A stretch of 64,000 nt of DNA. Origin: an uncultured Blautia sp. (GTDB lineage: Bacteria > Bacillota > Clostridia > Lachnospirales > Lachnospiraceae). The notes beneath the pieces were generated by a model. The model was given only the letters and a program-made list of their open reading frames with translations. It was not told the origin of the DNA and made no database searches. Numbering within the stretch: the stretch's first letter is position 1; every line of letters starts with the position of its first letter. The translations under genes and the position numbers were made by a program. Below, piece by piece: positions 9,893 through 20,018 of the stretch. Location: assembly GCA_948436455.1 (NCBI GenBank), contig CAOJIB010000001.1, forward strand, positions 9,525 through 73,524, given 5' to 3'.

Positions 9893-10957
9893 ATGTATCA
9901 AAAAAAAATTCGTGTGTTTGTTGTAGACGATTCTTCTTTATTTCGCCAGATGATCATCACACATTTAAACGCCCAGCCGAATATCGAAATTATCGGCTAT
10001 GCGATCAATGCCTATGACGCCGGACAGAAGATTCCCCGTATGAAACCCGACGTGATTACAATGGATGTAGAAATGCCCGGTTTAAACGGCATTGAATTTT
10101 TAAAGCAGCTTCTTCCAAAACAGCCGATCCCGGTCGTTTTGGTATCCTCTCTGAATTTAAGCGTATTTGACGCTCTGTCCGCTGGCGCCGTAGATTTTGT
10201 CCGTAAACCGGATATGACGAAAAATAATTCCAAGGAAATGTTTTTCCGTAATCTATCATCTAAGGTAACCGCTGCTTCCAGGGCCAAAGTCCGCTTACCA
10301 GGTCAGCAACGGAGCGCCTCTCCTGCAAACGCGAACGCCGCGACGCCGCCCAGAGCCTTTCCGCCCCTAACTCGGAATGTATTAGATTCTACGCTTATTG
10401 CGATCGGCGCTTCCACCGGCGGTACGGAAGCTACTTTGGCCGTGCTAAGGCAGCTCCCAGCCAATGTCCCGGGAATTGTAATCACTCAGCATATGCCGGA
10501 AGGCTTTACCGCCATGTACGCCGAACGTCTGAATCGCCTTTGCCAGATGGAAGTCCGAGAAGCTAAAAACGGCGACATGATCCGGCCGGGCCTGGCGCTG
10601 CTCGCTCCCGGAGCTCTTCAGATGGAAGTCGTAAGTATTCCCGGCGGCTATTCGGTGAAATGCTATCCCGGCGAAAAAATCAGCGGCCACCGGCCTTCCG
10701 TGGACTGTCTCTTTAATTCCATCGCCCGGAACGTTGGCATCCGCAAGGTTGGTATCATCATGACCGGCATGGGCCGGGACGGTGCCGACGGGCTTCTTCA
10801 AATGCGTCAAAAAGGCGCCTTTACCATCGGTCAGGATAAGGAATCCTGCGTCGTATACGGCATGCCCATGGTCGCCTATAATATCGGGGCCGTCTGTACA
10901 CAGGCTGCTTTGGATAATATCCCCACGGTTCTAATGAATCACTTATCGCGGCCCTGA
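9893..10957 (+). CDS. cheB: Chemotaxis methylesterase CheB
   Basis: Receiver domain plus IGASTGG, QHMP, RPSVD, MTGMGRDGA motifs; start placed at the ATG at 9893 after RBS AAGGA. Confidence 0.96.
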   Translation: MYQKKIRVFVVDDSSLFRQMIITHLNAQPNIEIIGYAINAYDAGQKIPRMKPDVITMDVEMPGLNGIEFLKQLLPKQPIPVVLVSSLNLSVFDALSAGAVDFVRKPDMTKNNSKEMFFRNLSSKVTAASRAKVRLPGQQRSASPANANAATPPRAFPPLTRNVLDSTLIAIGASTGGTEATLAVLRQLPANVPGIVITQHMPEGFTAMYAERLNRLCQMEVREAKNGDMIRPGLALLAPGALQMEVVSIPGGYSVKCYPGEKISGHRPSVDCLFNSIARNVGIRKVGIIMTGMGRDGADGLLQMRQKGAFTIGQDKESCVVYGMPMVAYNIGAVCTQAALDNIPTVLMNHLSRP

Positions 10958-11014
10958 CAAATGCAGAAAGCTGACCATCGGTAACCTTTTTTGCATACTA
11001 CGGCATTCAAAAAT

Positions 11015-11043
11015 TTCCCTGCCTTTTACGGGCAGGGTTTTTC
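11015..11043 (+). terminator. Intrinsic terminator after cheB
   Basis: CCCTGCC-TTTTACG-GGCAGGG followed by a T run. Confidence 0.7.
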
Positions 11044-11104
11044 ATTTTCATAAGCAGCAAACTGAACAGCGCGTACAGCCGCTGCCAATATTTTTTTCAT
11101 TTTC

Positions 11105-11132
11105 CTTATTATTTCAAGAATTTTACCGATAA
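11105..11132 (+). promoter_or_regulatory. Probable sigma-28 (SigD/FliA) promoter of the flgM operon
   Basis: -10 ACCGATAA at 11125-11132; -35 region weak (TTAT). Confidence 0.5.
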
Positions 11133-11261
11133 TAGTAATATAAGAAATTGCGGGCGGATGCATGCCGCCATCGTAGGATACGAAAGGGACTTATTACACC
11201 CCTTCTGGCATCAGACAACGAACTCGTGATGATTTCTTAATTATAGAAAGGGGAGTTCCGT

Positions 11262-11579
11262 ATGAAGATCACCCATACCAGTCATCTGGTAAATACGTAT
11301 AATGATTTTTATCCCCGCGTAAAAGGGGGGAATGTTTCTCGTACACAGTCCGGTGGCGGCCATAAATTCGACGCGCTCACCGTACAGGCCAATTCTCGGG
11401 AAATCGAAGAAAAGACTTTTGCGGAATCTGTTTCCAGGGATCTCTTTTCCGAAGTGAAACAAACCGCTTCTGAGGAACGCCTGAATAATCTGAAAGAACA
11501 AATTGCTTCTCATTCTTATCAGATTGAGCCTTCTGCCATCGCCTCTAGAATTCTTTTATTCCATGGGGAGGAAAAATAA
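11262..11579 (+). CDS. flgM: Anti-sigma-28 factor FlgM
   Basis: C-terminal ERLNNLKEQIASHSYQIEPSAIA motif; heads flgM-flgN-flgK-flgL. Confidence 0.85.
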   Translation: MKITHTSHLVNTYNDFYPRVKGGNVSRTQSGGGHKFDALTVQANSREIEEKTFAESVSRDLFSEVKQTASEERLNNLKEQIASHSYQIEPSAIASRILLFHGEEK

Positions 11580-12049
11580 TGGCAGATTTCGGCGGTTTTA
11601 CTGCACTGATACAGGAATACCTGCAGCTATTTGATGAACTAAACGCTATTGAACAGGAAAAACTTGCGGCGGCTGTAAAAAACCAGGTTACATTCGTAGA
11701 GGATTGTATGAACAAGGAACAGGCAGCCATGTTGCGGTTGCGCGGACTGGAACAACGCCGGGAACAGGAACAGGAACGTCTAGGACTTTCTGGACTTCCT
11801 TTCCGGGAAATTCTAACTCGCGTGCCCGCGGAAACAGCAGAGGTTCTGCAGCCGTTATTTGAAAATCTATCTCAGCGGCTGAGCGATTTCCGCTCTGTCA
11901 GCGACAGCGCCAAGGATGCTATTGAAGTAAATCTACATAACATCCAAGCGACACTGGCTTCTTCGGAAACCGGCGCAAAAACCTACACACCTGACAGAAC
12001 GCCGCAGCAAACGACAGATAAAAAACATTTTACCAGCCGTTCTGTATAG
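11579..12049 (+). CDS. flgN: Flagellar export chaperone FlgN
   Basis: Coiled-coil 156-aa protein between flgM and flgK. Confidence 0.8.
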   Translation: MADFGGFTALIQEYLQLFDELNAIEQEKLAAAVKNQVTFVEDCMNKEQAAMLRLRGLEQRREQEQERLGLSGLPFREILTRVPAETAEVLQPLFENLSQRLSDFRSVSDSAKDAIEVNLHNIQATLASSETGAKTYTPDRTPQQTTDKKHFTSRSV

Positions 12050-12113
12050 CAAAACAACCGCCTTTGGCGTTTGACAGCATAGAAGTTTCGATTTTATCAG
12101 GAGGAAATAGCTT

Positions 12114-13709
12114 ATGATACGTTCTACCTTTGCCGGCTTTACCACCGCACAGCTTGCCATGGCTGCCAGCCAGCGTGCGTTTGACGTAACCGGACAGAAT
12201 ATCGCGAATATTAATACCACCGGCTATACACGGCAGCGACTGGATATTTCCAGCTTAAATCACAAATACGCCGCTTTTTATAATCCCGTAAACCGCGTGC
12301 AGATCGGTTTTGGCGTGGATATCACCGGAGTTTCCCAGCTCCGCGATCCATTTTTAGATATACAGTACCGTAACCAAATGTCGAAGCTGGGTACTTCCGA
12401 CGCTCAGGCGGCCGTTCAGGAGTCCTTAACGCCCATCATCGACGAGGCAATGGACGACGGTATCCGCACCGCCCTGCGAAGTGTTACCTCTGCGCTGGAT
12501 AAATACTCCTCACAGGTAACAAATAAAGAATTCGACACGATGGTTCGTTCAGAAATGCAGAATCTAATCAACTTAATGCACGAAAAGGCGACTCGGCTTA
12601 AAGAAGTACGGGACGATACGGCCCAGGGCTTTGAAACCACCGACGTAGCCGATTTGAATCAGCTTCTGGAAAATATCGCAAACCTAAATAAAAGCATAAA
12701 AACCAGCCAGATCTTAGGAAACGACGCGCTGGAGCTGCAGGATGAACGAAATAACCTGCTGGATGAGCTTTCCAGCTATCTGCCGATTTCTGTGGAGTAT
12801 AGCAATAAGAAAATCGGCCCGACCCAGACGGTAGAAATTCTGGATGTATATTTCACCGACAGCGACGGCGCTCGCCATAGGTTAATTTCTGATAACGATT
12901 ACGCCACCTTTCAAACAGACGTCAGCGATCCTAAAAACGTGACCTTGCACCTCCAGGATGCAAAAAGCGGCAAAGTGACCGACGTTACCGAAAAGCTGGG
13001 CAACGGTACCTTAAAAGGTACGTTGGATATGCTAAATAAATCCGGAGAATTTGACGGCACAGATGTACGAGGCATCGGTTACTATGAAAAAGCCCTGGAT
13101 ACCCTGGCCAATAAATTTGCAGAAGTCTTTAATGAATTAAATAAAAAGCCCCAAGTTGATGCAAACGGCGACCCTGTCAAGCCCCTTACACTAGAGGACG
13201 CGCCTCTCTTTGAAGCCAGCGACAACAGCGGGAAGATTACCGCCGCCAATATCAAGATTTCCGAGGGCTGGCAGACGAATGAGTACGGCCTGACGACTAC
13301 CGTCGTCCTTACCGAAGATGGGAAGCTGGGAAGCACAGCCAACGACAATATCATGAACATGGTAAAAGCCATGTCCAATACACAGAATTTTACTTATAAG
13401 CTTACGGATGCAAATGGCAATCCCAGAACGACAACTTTCTTCAAGGGTAGCTTCTACGACTGTTATGCAAATATAGAAAGCACCCTAGCTGTAGATAGCA
13501 AATCCACCACCACCCGGCTGGAAAATCAGATCACAGTAGTAAATCAAACTTCCAATTCCCGGGACGGCGTTTCCGGCGTGCAGCTGGATGAAGAAGGTAT
13601 GAATCTCATGCATTATAACCAGTCTTATAATGCGGCGGCCCGTCTGATGACCGCGTTAGATGAAGCTTTGAATACATTGATCAACAATACCGGTTTAGTT
13701 GGCCGATAA
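12114..13709 (+). CDS. flgK: Flagellar hook-associated protein FlgK
   Basis: GQNIANINTTGYTRQR N-terminus and VSGVQLDEE..YNAAAR C-terminus. Confidence 0.95.
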   Translation: MIRSTFAGFTTAQLAMAASQRAFDVTGQNIANINTTGYTRQRLDISSLNHKYAAFYNPVNRVQIGFGVDITGVSQLRDPFLDIQYRNQMSKLGTSDAQAAVQESLTPIIDEAMDDGIRTALRSVTSALDKYSSQVTNKEFDTMVRSEMQNLINLMHEKATRLKEVRDDTAQGFETTDVADLNQLLENIANLNKSIKTSQILGNDALELQDERNNLLDELSSYLPISVEYSNKKIGPTQTVEILDVYFTDSDGARHRLISDNDYATFQTDVSDPKNVTLHLQDAKSGKVTDVTEKLGNGTLKGTLDMLNKSGEFDGTDVRGIGYYEKALDTLANKFAEVFNELNKKPQVDANGDPVKPLTLEDAPLFEASDNSGKITAANIKISEGWQTNEYGLTTTVVLTEDGKLGSTANDNIMNMVKAMSNTQNFTYKLTDANGNPRTTTFFKGSFYDCYANIESTLAVDSKSTTTRLENQITVVNQTSNSRDGVSGVQLDEEGMNLMHYNQSYNAAARLMTALDEALNTLINNTGLVGR

Positions 13710-13726
13710 ACAGGAGGTTTTTCATC

Positions 13727-14725
13727 ATGAGAGTTACTACAAACGCTATTTTACGAAATTATAAATCAAACCTGGCCACATCCCTGAAAAACCTGAATCT
13801 GGATCGGGATAAGGTCATGACACAGCGGAATTTTACTGCATCCGCACAGAATCCTGCCGGTGCTCTTCGCGCCGCAAACCTGGAACGGAAGTATGTCCGG
13901 AATCAGGATTATCTGCAGAATGTCAAAGATGCCCAGTCTTTCCAAGACGCGCAGGAAGACGCCGCCATGCAGATCAGCACACAGGCTATTAAGCTCAGTA
14001 AACAATACGGGCTGGAAGCCTGGAACGGCACAAATCAATCCCAGGATATACGGGAGACTTATGCCAAAGCATTTGAACAGGCTCAAAAGTCTATGGTTGC
14101 CAGCCTGAACGCTACGTATGAAGATAAATATGTGCTCGGCGGCGCCGACGGCGGAAATCCGCCCTTTGACTTAAAAGACGGAAAATTAACCTACAGAGGA
14201 CTGGAAGTCAGCGATCCGGCAAATACCGCTATATTAGACGAATTAGCAAACGAACATGTGTATATGGATTTGGGATTTGGTCTTGATATCCAAAATGGCA
14301 GCATTGTAGACGCTACGGCTTTCGATACCAGCCTTCCCGGCATTAAGCTTGTAGGCTACGGCGTCGACGCGAACGGCACACCGAAAAATATGGTAGACTT
14401 AGCCGGAAAAATCGCCGAATGCTTACGGGCGCCCGGCGAACTTGATGATGCAGAATACGAAAAATTGTTAAATGCTTTTGATCAGGGACGTAAGGATATT
14501 TTAAACGAAGTCACTACCCTGGGTACGCAAACAGAATATCTGACTATTACCAAGGATCGCCTGGATACAAACCGAATCAATCTCTACTCACAACTGGACA
14601 GCGTGACGGGCGTAGATATGGCCGAAGCTATTATGAACTTCTCCTGGTCGCAATACGCATATAACGCCGCGTTAAAAGTCGGTACGCAAATTTTATCGCC
14701 TTCGTTTATCGATTTTATGGATTAA
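13727..14725 (+). CDS. flgL: Flagellar hook-associated protein FlgL
   Basis: MRVT start, VDMAEAI..YNAALK..SFIDF end, follows flgK. Confidence 0.92.
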   Translation: MRVTTNAILRNYKSNLATSLKNLNLDRDKVMTQRNFTASAQNPAGALRAANLERKYVRNQDYLQNVKDAQSFQDAQEDAAMQISTQAIKLSKQYGLEAWNGTNQSQDIRETYAKAFEQAQKSMVASLNATYEDKYVLGGADGGNPPFDLKDGKLTYRGLEVSDPANTAILDELANEHVYMDLGFGLDIQNGSIVDATAFDTSLPGIKLVGYGVDANGTPKNMVDLAGKIAECLRAPGELDDAEYEKLLNAFDQGRKDILNEVTTLGTQTEYLTITKDRLDTNRINLYSQLDSVTGVDMAEAIMNFSWSQYAYNAALKVGTQILSPSFIDFMD

Positions 14726-14874
14726 ATCGGATAAAGCCAAAGCTTTCCCAAGTTTTGGCTCTTACGTAGGTATAAAATCAGCTTATATTCCTTTTTATAG
14801 GTCTGCAGTGGAATATCCATAAAAATATAAGAAAAACCACAAAGAAAAGTTAAAATAAAAAAGGGGGGAAGATT

Positions 14875-15480
14875 ATGGATCAGCTTATACAAATCACCAC
14901 AGTGCCAATTCAATACGAATTAAAAATTAATAATTCCCGTCTGGAATATCATAGTTCTAAAGCCGAATTGGAAATCAGCCGCAATAAGGGAGGACTTTCA
15001 ATCAAAAGCCGTCCGGTAAAGCTTAATCTGGATACTTTCGAGGCTAGAAATTCTGTAGTTCCTACCACTCGCAGAAGTATTGCGCAATCTGCTCAGAAAG
15101 GACAGTCCGCCGCTTATAACGCTACAGCGCAAATGGCCCAAGAAGGGCAGCTTATGCTGAAAGCCAAAATCGGGGAGGATGTTTTAGGACAGATTTTCCA
15201 ACAAAGGGCTGCGGTGCCTACCGGAGAATTCCAAATGGGATTTACGCCGTCCGCTCCTGTAGAAATCAGTTATCAGGCACCAGATCTGACGATCAATTAT
15301 GAAATGGATAAGTTAAACTTTGATCTAAAGGTTGCAAACGGCGATTTTGAGTTCATTCCAGGCAATATTGAAATGACCATTACGCAGCATCCGGATGTAC
15401 AGATTGAATATATCGGCGGACCAATTTATGTGCCGCCCAGTGCGTCTCCGGATTATGAGCCTATAGACGTCAGAGCGTAA
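14875..15480 (+). CDS. YviE-like (DUF6470-type) flagellar cluster protein
   Basis: Usual position between flgL and fliW; C-terminal IEYIGGPIYVPPSA. Confidence 0.65.
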   Translation: MDQLIQITTVPIQYELKINNSRLEYHSSKAELEISRNKGGLSIKSRPVKLNLDTFEARNSVVPTTRRSIAQSAQKGQSAAYNATAQMAQEGQLMLKAKIGEDVLGQIFQQRAAVPTGEFQMGFTPSAPVEISYQAPDLTINYEMDKLNFDLKVANGDFEFIPGNIEMTITQHPDVQIEYIGGPIYVPPSASPDYEPIDVRA

Positions 15481-15499
15481 TATTGTACTTTTGTTTTCA

Positions 15500-15544
15500 A
15501 TCCGTCCGGGCATTTACCTACGATCTGCCCGGATGGTATTTTTA
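15500..15544 (+). terminator. Terminator-like hairpin
   Basis: CCGTCCGGGCA...TGCCCGGATGG followed by ATTTTT. Confidence 0.55.
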
Positions 15545-15663
15545 TACCTTACTATGCAAAATGGCTGTTCGAATATAAGGTAAAGTTTCCTTCGCGGCAG
15601 GCATTTTCCATCTTATACTGTTTCGCACTTTTTCACGCATTTATCCAGGAGGTATTTCTGCCC

Positions 15664-16107
15664 ATGAATATTAACGCCAGATATTTCGGTATGATTACTT
15701 ATGAAGAAGAAGACGTCGTTACAATTCCCGACGGCTTATTCGGTTTTGAGCACTTTACCCGCTTCCTTCCCCTGCCTTTTGAAAAAGATACCGATTCCAT
15801 GATCTCTTTTCAAAGCCTGGAGGATGAAGATCTCGCATTTATTCTAATGAACCCCTTTCGCCTATTCCCGGACTATGCGCCTGCGCTCTCGCCCGCAGAC
15901 CTGAAACAGCTCGGTGATCCCAACGAAGAGGACATCTCTTATTATGTGATCAGTGTAATCCGGGAGAATGTTGCCGACAGCACATTGAATCTAAAGGCTC
16001 CTCTGGCAATCAACGCTCCCAAGCGCCAAGGCAAACAGGTGATCCTGGAACACAACTATCCCTTCCGGCAGCCGCTGGCAGACACCACCAAGATGAAGGA
16101 GGGATGA
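15664..16107 (+). CDS. fliW: Flagellar assembly factor FliW
   Basis: GLFGFE, FQS, NPF..FPDY and NLKAPL motifs; adjacent to csrA. Confidence 0.93.
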   Translation: MNINARYFGMITYEEEDVVTIPDGLFGFEHFTRFLPLPFEKDTDSMISFQSLEDEDLAFILMNPFRLFPDYAPALSPADLKQLGDPNEEDISYYVISVIRENVADSTLNLKAPLAINAPKRQGKQVILEHNYPFRQPLADTTKMKEG

Positions 16108-16110
16108 TCT

Positions 16111-16338
16111 ATGCTGATTTTACATCGAAAAAAAGGGCAATCCCTGGTCATTGACGACAAAGTGACTCTTACAATTGTGGAAGTCGGCTCTGATGGCGTT
16201 AAGCTGGCGATCGACGCCCCTCGAGATATTTCTATCCTTCGTTCTGAATTAAAAGAAGCTGCTGTGGAAAATCAGGAAGCCGCCAAAGCTGTTTCCAAAG
16301 ACATGCTGGATAAATTCCTGCAAAAACCTGAATCCTAA
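16111..16338 (+). CDS. csrA: Carbon storage regulator CsrA
   Basis: MLILHRKKGQSLVI...VKLAIDAPRDISILRSEL. Confidence 0.95.
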   Translation: MLILHRKKGQSLVIDDKVTLTIVEVGSDGVKLAIDAPRDISILRSELKEAAVENQEAAKAVSKDMLDKFLQKPES

Positions 16339-16352
16339 ATTTCTTTCCAACG

Positions 16353-16387
16353 AAAAGGCAGGCGCCCTCGAAGGTACGCCTGCTTTT
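16353..16387. terminator. Bidirectional intrinsic terminator between csrA and the CAP gene
   Basis: AAAAGGCAGGCG...CGCCTGCTTTT. Confidence 0.8.
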
Positions 16388-16420
16388 CTTATATCTATGT
16401 TTTCTTTTCTACATTCTTCT

Positions 16421-17713
16421 TTAAAGCGTCGCCTTACAGGTGCCTGAAAAGCTGCCGCAAACCCGCTTTCCGTTCTCTGTCCAAAAAGCTCGTACCTTAT
16501 AGGTATAGTTCCCTTTTGAAAGATTCAGATGATTTGCCTGCCCGGTCGTCCCATTTAGAATATTCCGCGCTTTGCGGTAACTTCCGCCGTTCACGCTGCA
16601 CCATACCTCATAGCCGTCCGCACCTTTTAAAGGCGTCCAGGAGACGATAATCTTCCCGCTGCCGGGAGTCGCTTTTAGGATCTTCGGCGCCGCCGTCTGT
16701 ATCTGGATGGAACGATTGGTGCTGTATTTCCCGGTTTCGCTTCCCCGGATCGCACGGACGCGATAATAGTAAAGATTTCCCGGTACCGCTTTCTTATCTG
16801 TGTAACTGGTGCCTGTTACTGTGGCGATTCTCTGATAGCTGCCGTTCTTCGTCTTTCGATAAAGCTGGTATTTCTCCGCGCCGTTTACCGCCGTCCACTG
16901 AAGCTTTACCGTATTTCGTCCGCTTAAGGAGCGCTTCAATACAGGCGCTTTTTCCGACTGCAGCGCGGAAAGTACAAATACCTTAAAAGTGGCCTTCAAT
17001 CCATAAGCACTTAAAGTTACTGTCTGCGTTCCGCTCGTCTTGCTGGCGCTATAGCCGCTGCACAGTGCGGCGTCCAACGGAAAATAGGAAGTTCCGTGCG
17101 TTGGACAGGTCACGCGCCCTGCCAGCTCCATATCGTCCAATTTCGTTCCCTTCTTCACCTGCAGGGTCGTACTGCCCAGAGCTTTCCCCGTTTTCATGTT
17201 GTATACAGACAGGCTGTTTACAGAACAACCGCCGGTAAACAGCTGCGTCCAATAATGGACATATTGACTTCCCGGCTGGTTATAGTAACCAACGCCCAGG
17301 TGCGTATACTGCGATGTCAGGATATTCTGCCGATGCCCCGCGCTGTTCATCCAAGCGGTCGTTGCGACCATTGGCGTTCCACAGCCCGCTGCGATATTTT
17401 CTCCTGCCCAACTGTAAGGCACATTTGCCTGATTCAGCGCCGTGAAGCAGGAGCTTCCATCCGGACGGATATGGGAAAAGTTGCTCACCGTTTCTTTACT
17501 CCGTACCCTGGCCGCCTGTGTAATCTTAATAAAGGTACTGACCGGCTGCAAATTCTGTTTCAGACGCTCCCGGTTCGTCAGATAGAGCTGCTCCCACTCG
17601 TAGCTCTTTACATGATCCTTAAAACCAGCCGCGCCGACGGTTTGAGCACCGCTTCCCAGAAGCAGCAGCACCGCCAGCAAGATACTGGCAAAAACCTTTC
17701 TCTGTTTTTTCAT
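16421..17713 (-). CDS. Secreted CAP (SCP) domain protein with fibronectin type III repeats
   Basis: Signal peptide, FSHIRP, GENIA, WMNSAGHRQNI, YWTQLF; two C-terminal Fn3-like repeats. Confidence 0.85.
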   Translation of the reverse strand: MKKQRKVFASILLAVLLLLGSGAQTVGAAGFKDHVKSYEWEQLYLTNRERLKQNLQPVSTFIKITQAARVRSKETVSNFSHIRPDGSSCFTALNQANVPYSWAGENIAAGCGTPMVATTAWMNSAGHRQNILTSQYTHLGVGYYNQPGSQYVHYWTQLFTGGCSVNSLSVYNMKTGKALGSTTLQVKKGTKLDDMELAGRVTCPTHGTSYFPLDAALCSGYSASKTSGTQTVTLSAYGLKATFKVFVLSALQSEKAPVLKRSLSGRNTVKLQWTAVNGAEKYQLYRKTKNGSYQRIATVTGTSYTDKKAVPGNLYYYRVRAIRGSETGKYSTNRSIQIQTAAPKILKATPGSGKIIVSWTPLKGADGYEVWCSVNGGSYRKARNILNGTTGQANHLNLSKGNYTYKVRAFWTENGKRVCGSFSGTCKATL

Positions 17714-17807
17714 TTTCTTCTCCTTTCTGCACATTTCCCTTATGCTATTTCTATTATAACGGATATTCCGGAGTTTGGCCAGAATGGATTGCTTTTTCGG
17801 CAAAAGA

Positions 17808-17983
17808 AAAGACCCGCCTTTTCTGACGGGTACCTATTCGGCCTTCAGCCTCATAGCTACGGAATCTGTCCATTTCAAGTCGCCTACGGCGAGGAACAGA
17901 TTCCTCTGCTACTTATATGCGCTCTCACGGACTTTGCAGCAGATGCAAAGTCCTGAACCGAATAGCTCCTCTGACGGATCTTT
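17808..17983. repeat. Highly self-complementary intergenic element including the rplA terminator
   Basis: Nested inverted repeats CTATTCGG/CCGAATAG, GGAATCTGT/ACAGATTCC, GGACTTTGCA/TGCAAAGTCC; TCTGACGG at both ends. Confidence 0.55.
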
Positions 17984-17998
17984 CTTCGCGCGTTTCTC

Positions 17999-18691
17999 TT
18001 ATGACAATTTTGCCGGATTGATCTTCACGCCGGGGCCCATGGTGGAAGCGATGCTGACGCTCCGTAAGAACTGGCCCTTTACAGCGCTCGGCTTTGCCTT
18101 CATGATAGCTTCTATTAATGTCTGGAAGTTGTCTGCTAACTGCTCTTCGCTAAAAGAGGCTTTTCCAATTGGCACATGGATAATATTCGTCTTGTCAAGA
18201 CGGTACTCGATTTTACCAGCCTTGATCTCGTTTACAGCCTTTGTTACGTCCATCGTAACAGTACCGGCCTTGGGGTTCGGCATCAGGCCCTTTGGTCCAA
18301 GGATACGGCCCAAACGTCCTACGACGCCCATCATGTCAGGAGTTGCCACAACTACGTCAAAGTCCAGCCAGCCCTCGTTCTGAATCCGCGGGATCAGCTC
18401 TTCGGCGCCTACGAATTCTGCGCCGGCTGCCTTGGCCTCGTCCGCTTTCGCATCTTTGGCAAATACCAGCACGCGAACGCTTTTTCCTGTTCCATGAGGC
18501 AGAACAACGGCGCCGCGGATCTGCTGGTCGGCGTGACGGCCATCGCAGCCTGTCCGGATATGCACTTCAATCGTCTCGTCAAACTTGGAAACAGCTGTTT
18601 TCTTTACTAGGCTGATGGCTTCCTCTGTATCGTAAAGTGTCATGCGGTCTACTGCTTTTGCCGCCTCAAGATATTTCTTCCCTCGTTTCAT
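17999..18691 (-). CDS. rplA: 50S ribosomal protein L1
   Basis: [30 protein letters not shown]. Confidence 0.99.
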   Translation of the reverse strand: MKRGKKYLEAAKAVDRMTLYDTEEAISLVKKTAVSKFDETIEVHIRTGCDGRHADQQIRGAVVLPHGTGKSVRVLVFAKDAKADEAKAAGAEFVGAEELIPRIQNEGWLDFDVVVATPDMMGVVGRLGRILGPKGLMPNPKAGTVTMDVTKAVNEIKAGKIEYRLDKTNIIHVPIGKASFSEEQLADNFQTLIEAIMKAKPSAVKGQFLRSVSIASTMGPGVKINPAKLS

Positions 18692-18706
18692 ATTCCATAA
18701 CCTCCT

Positions 18707-18734
18707 GTGGTAATCGCGGGAATTTCCCTCCCAC
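18707..18734 (-). promoter_or_regulatory. L1-binding autoregulatory RNA site upstream of rplA
   Basis: GUGGGAGGG...CCGCGAUUACCAC directly before the RBS. Confidence 0.7.
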
Positions 18735-18775
18735 TTGTTCTTTTTTGATTTTCTGTATGAACGTTATGTCCTTTT

Positions 18776-19201
18776 TTAGTCCACAACTTCGATTCCCATG
18801 CTTCTTGCCGTACCGGCGATCATGCTGGCCGCCGCTTCAATGGAGCCTGCGTTTAAGTCCTTCATCTTCAACTCGGCGATCTCCTGAAGCTGCGCCTTTG
18901 TCACCTTGGCAACCTTTGTCTTATTCGGCACGCCGGAGCCAGATTTGATATTGCAAGCCTTTTTCAAAAGGACTGCTGCCGGCGGCGTCTTGGTTATGAA
19001 GCTGAAACTTCTGTCCGCATATACAGTAATCACTACGGGAATGATCAGATCGCCCTGATCAGCGGTTCTGGCGTTGAATTCCTTCGTAAACTGTACGATA
19101 TTCACACCGTGCTGACCAAGCGCGGGACCTACCGGGGGCGCGGGTGTTGCCTTGCCGGCTGGAATCTGCAATTTAATATATCCTACTACTTTTTTTGCCA
19201 T
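18776..19201 (-). CDS. rplK: 50S ribosomal protein L11
   Basis: [24 protein letters not shown]. Confidence 0.99.
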   Translation of the reverse strand: MAKKVVGYIKLQIPAGKATPAPPVGPALGQHGVNIVQFTKEFNARTADQGDLIIPVVITVYADRSFSFITKTPPAAVLLKKACNIKSGSGVPNKTKVAKVTKAQLQEIAELKMKDLNAGSIEAAASMIAGTARSMGIEVVD

Positions 19202-19218
19202 TGTTCGGCACCTCCTAT

Positions 19219-19249
19219 GTGGTATTGGCGGGGGTAATGTCCCTCCCAC
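19219..19249 (-). promoter_or_regulatory. L1-binding autoregulatory RNA site upstream of rplK
   Basis: GUGGGAGGG...CCGCCAAUACCAC directly before the RBS. Confidence 0.7.
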
Positions 19250-19256
19250 GATTTTC

Positions 19257-19775
19257 CTACAATTTCATAATTTCTGTGAAACTGATCTCTACTGGTGTTT
19301 CCCGGCCGAATAATTCCACGCTGATGGTCACCATCTGTTTCTGCGTGTTGATACTCTGTACCAGGCCCGTGGTATCCTTCCAAGCGCCGCCGGTCACTAC
19401 AACGCCGTCGCCTTCTTTAAAGTCCACGACGATATTGCTTTCCTTCTGAATACCCAGCGGCCGCATTTCCTCTTCTGTCAAAGGAACCGGCTTAGATCCT
19501 GGACCTACGAATCCAGTAACGCCTCTGGTGTTGCGGACTACATACCAGGTATCGTCATTCATAATCATATTCAGCAAAACATAGCCCGGAAACAATTTCT
19601 TCTGCACCTGTTTCTGTACGCCGTTTTTTAATTCCACCACATCTTCCAGCGGAACGCGGACTTCCAGAATCTGATCCTCCAGATGCCTATTTTCAATTGT
19701 TTTTTCAATGTTGGCCTTTACCTTGTTCTCATACCCCGAATACGTATGGACAACATACCACTTCGCTTCTGACAT
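19257..19775 (-). CDS. nusG: Transcription antitermination factor NusG
   Basis: [30 protein letters not shown]. Confidence 0.98.
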   Translation of the reverse strand: MSEAKWYVVHTYSGYENKVKANIEKTIENRHLEDQILEVRVPLEDVVELKNGVQKQVQKKLFPGYVLLNMIMNDDTWYVVRNTRGVTGFVGPGSKPVPLTEEEMRPLGIQKESNIVVDFKEGDGVVVTGGAWKDTTGLVQSINTQKQMVTISVELFGRETPVEISFTEIMKL

Positions 19776-19790
19776 ACATTCACCTTGTCC

Positions 19791-19997
19791 TTATTTCATT
19801 AAAAGGTTAAGACCTGCCAGCACACCACTGTCCAGCAGGCTGATGATCACGCCCAGAATAACAGTGATGACTACCACCGCAATCGTCTGTTTCACCAGGG
19901 TCTGCTTGTCCGTCCAGATGATCTTCTGAAACTCTGACTTTACGCCCTGAAAAAAGCCCTTTTTGGCCTTTCCAGCGGTTTTTGCATTATCTGCCAT
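19791..19997 (-). CDS. secE: Preprotein translocase SecE
   Basis: KSEFQKIIW plus one transmembrane helix; rpmG-secE-nusG synteny. Confidence 0.95.
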   Translation of the reverse strand: MADNAKTAGKAKKGFFQGVKSEFQKIIWTDKQTLVKQTIAVVVITVILGVIISLLDSGVLAGLNLLMK

Positions 19998-20018
19998 CGC
20001 TTATACCTCGCCATCTGC

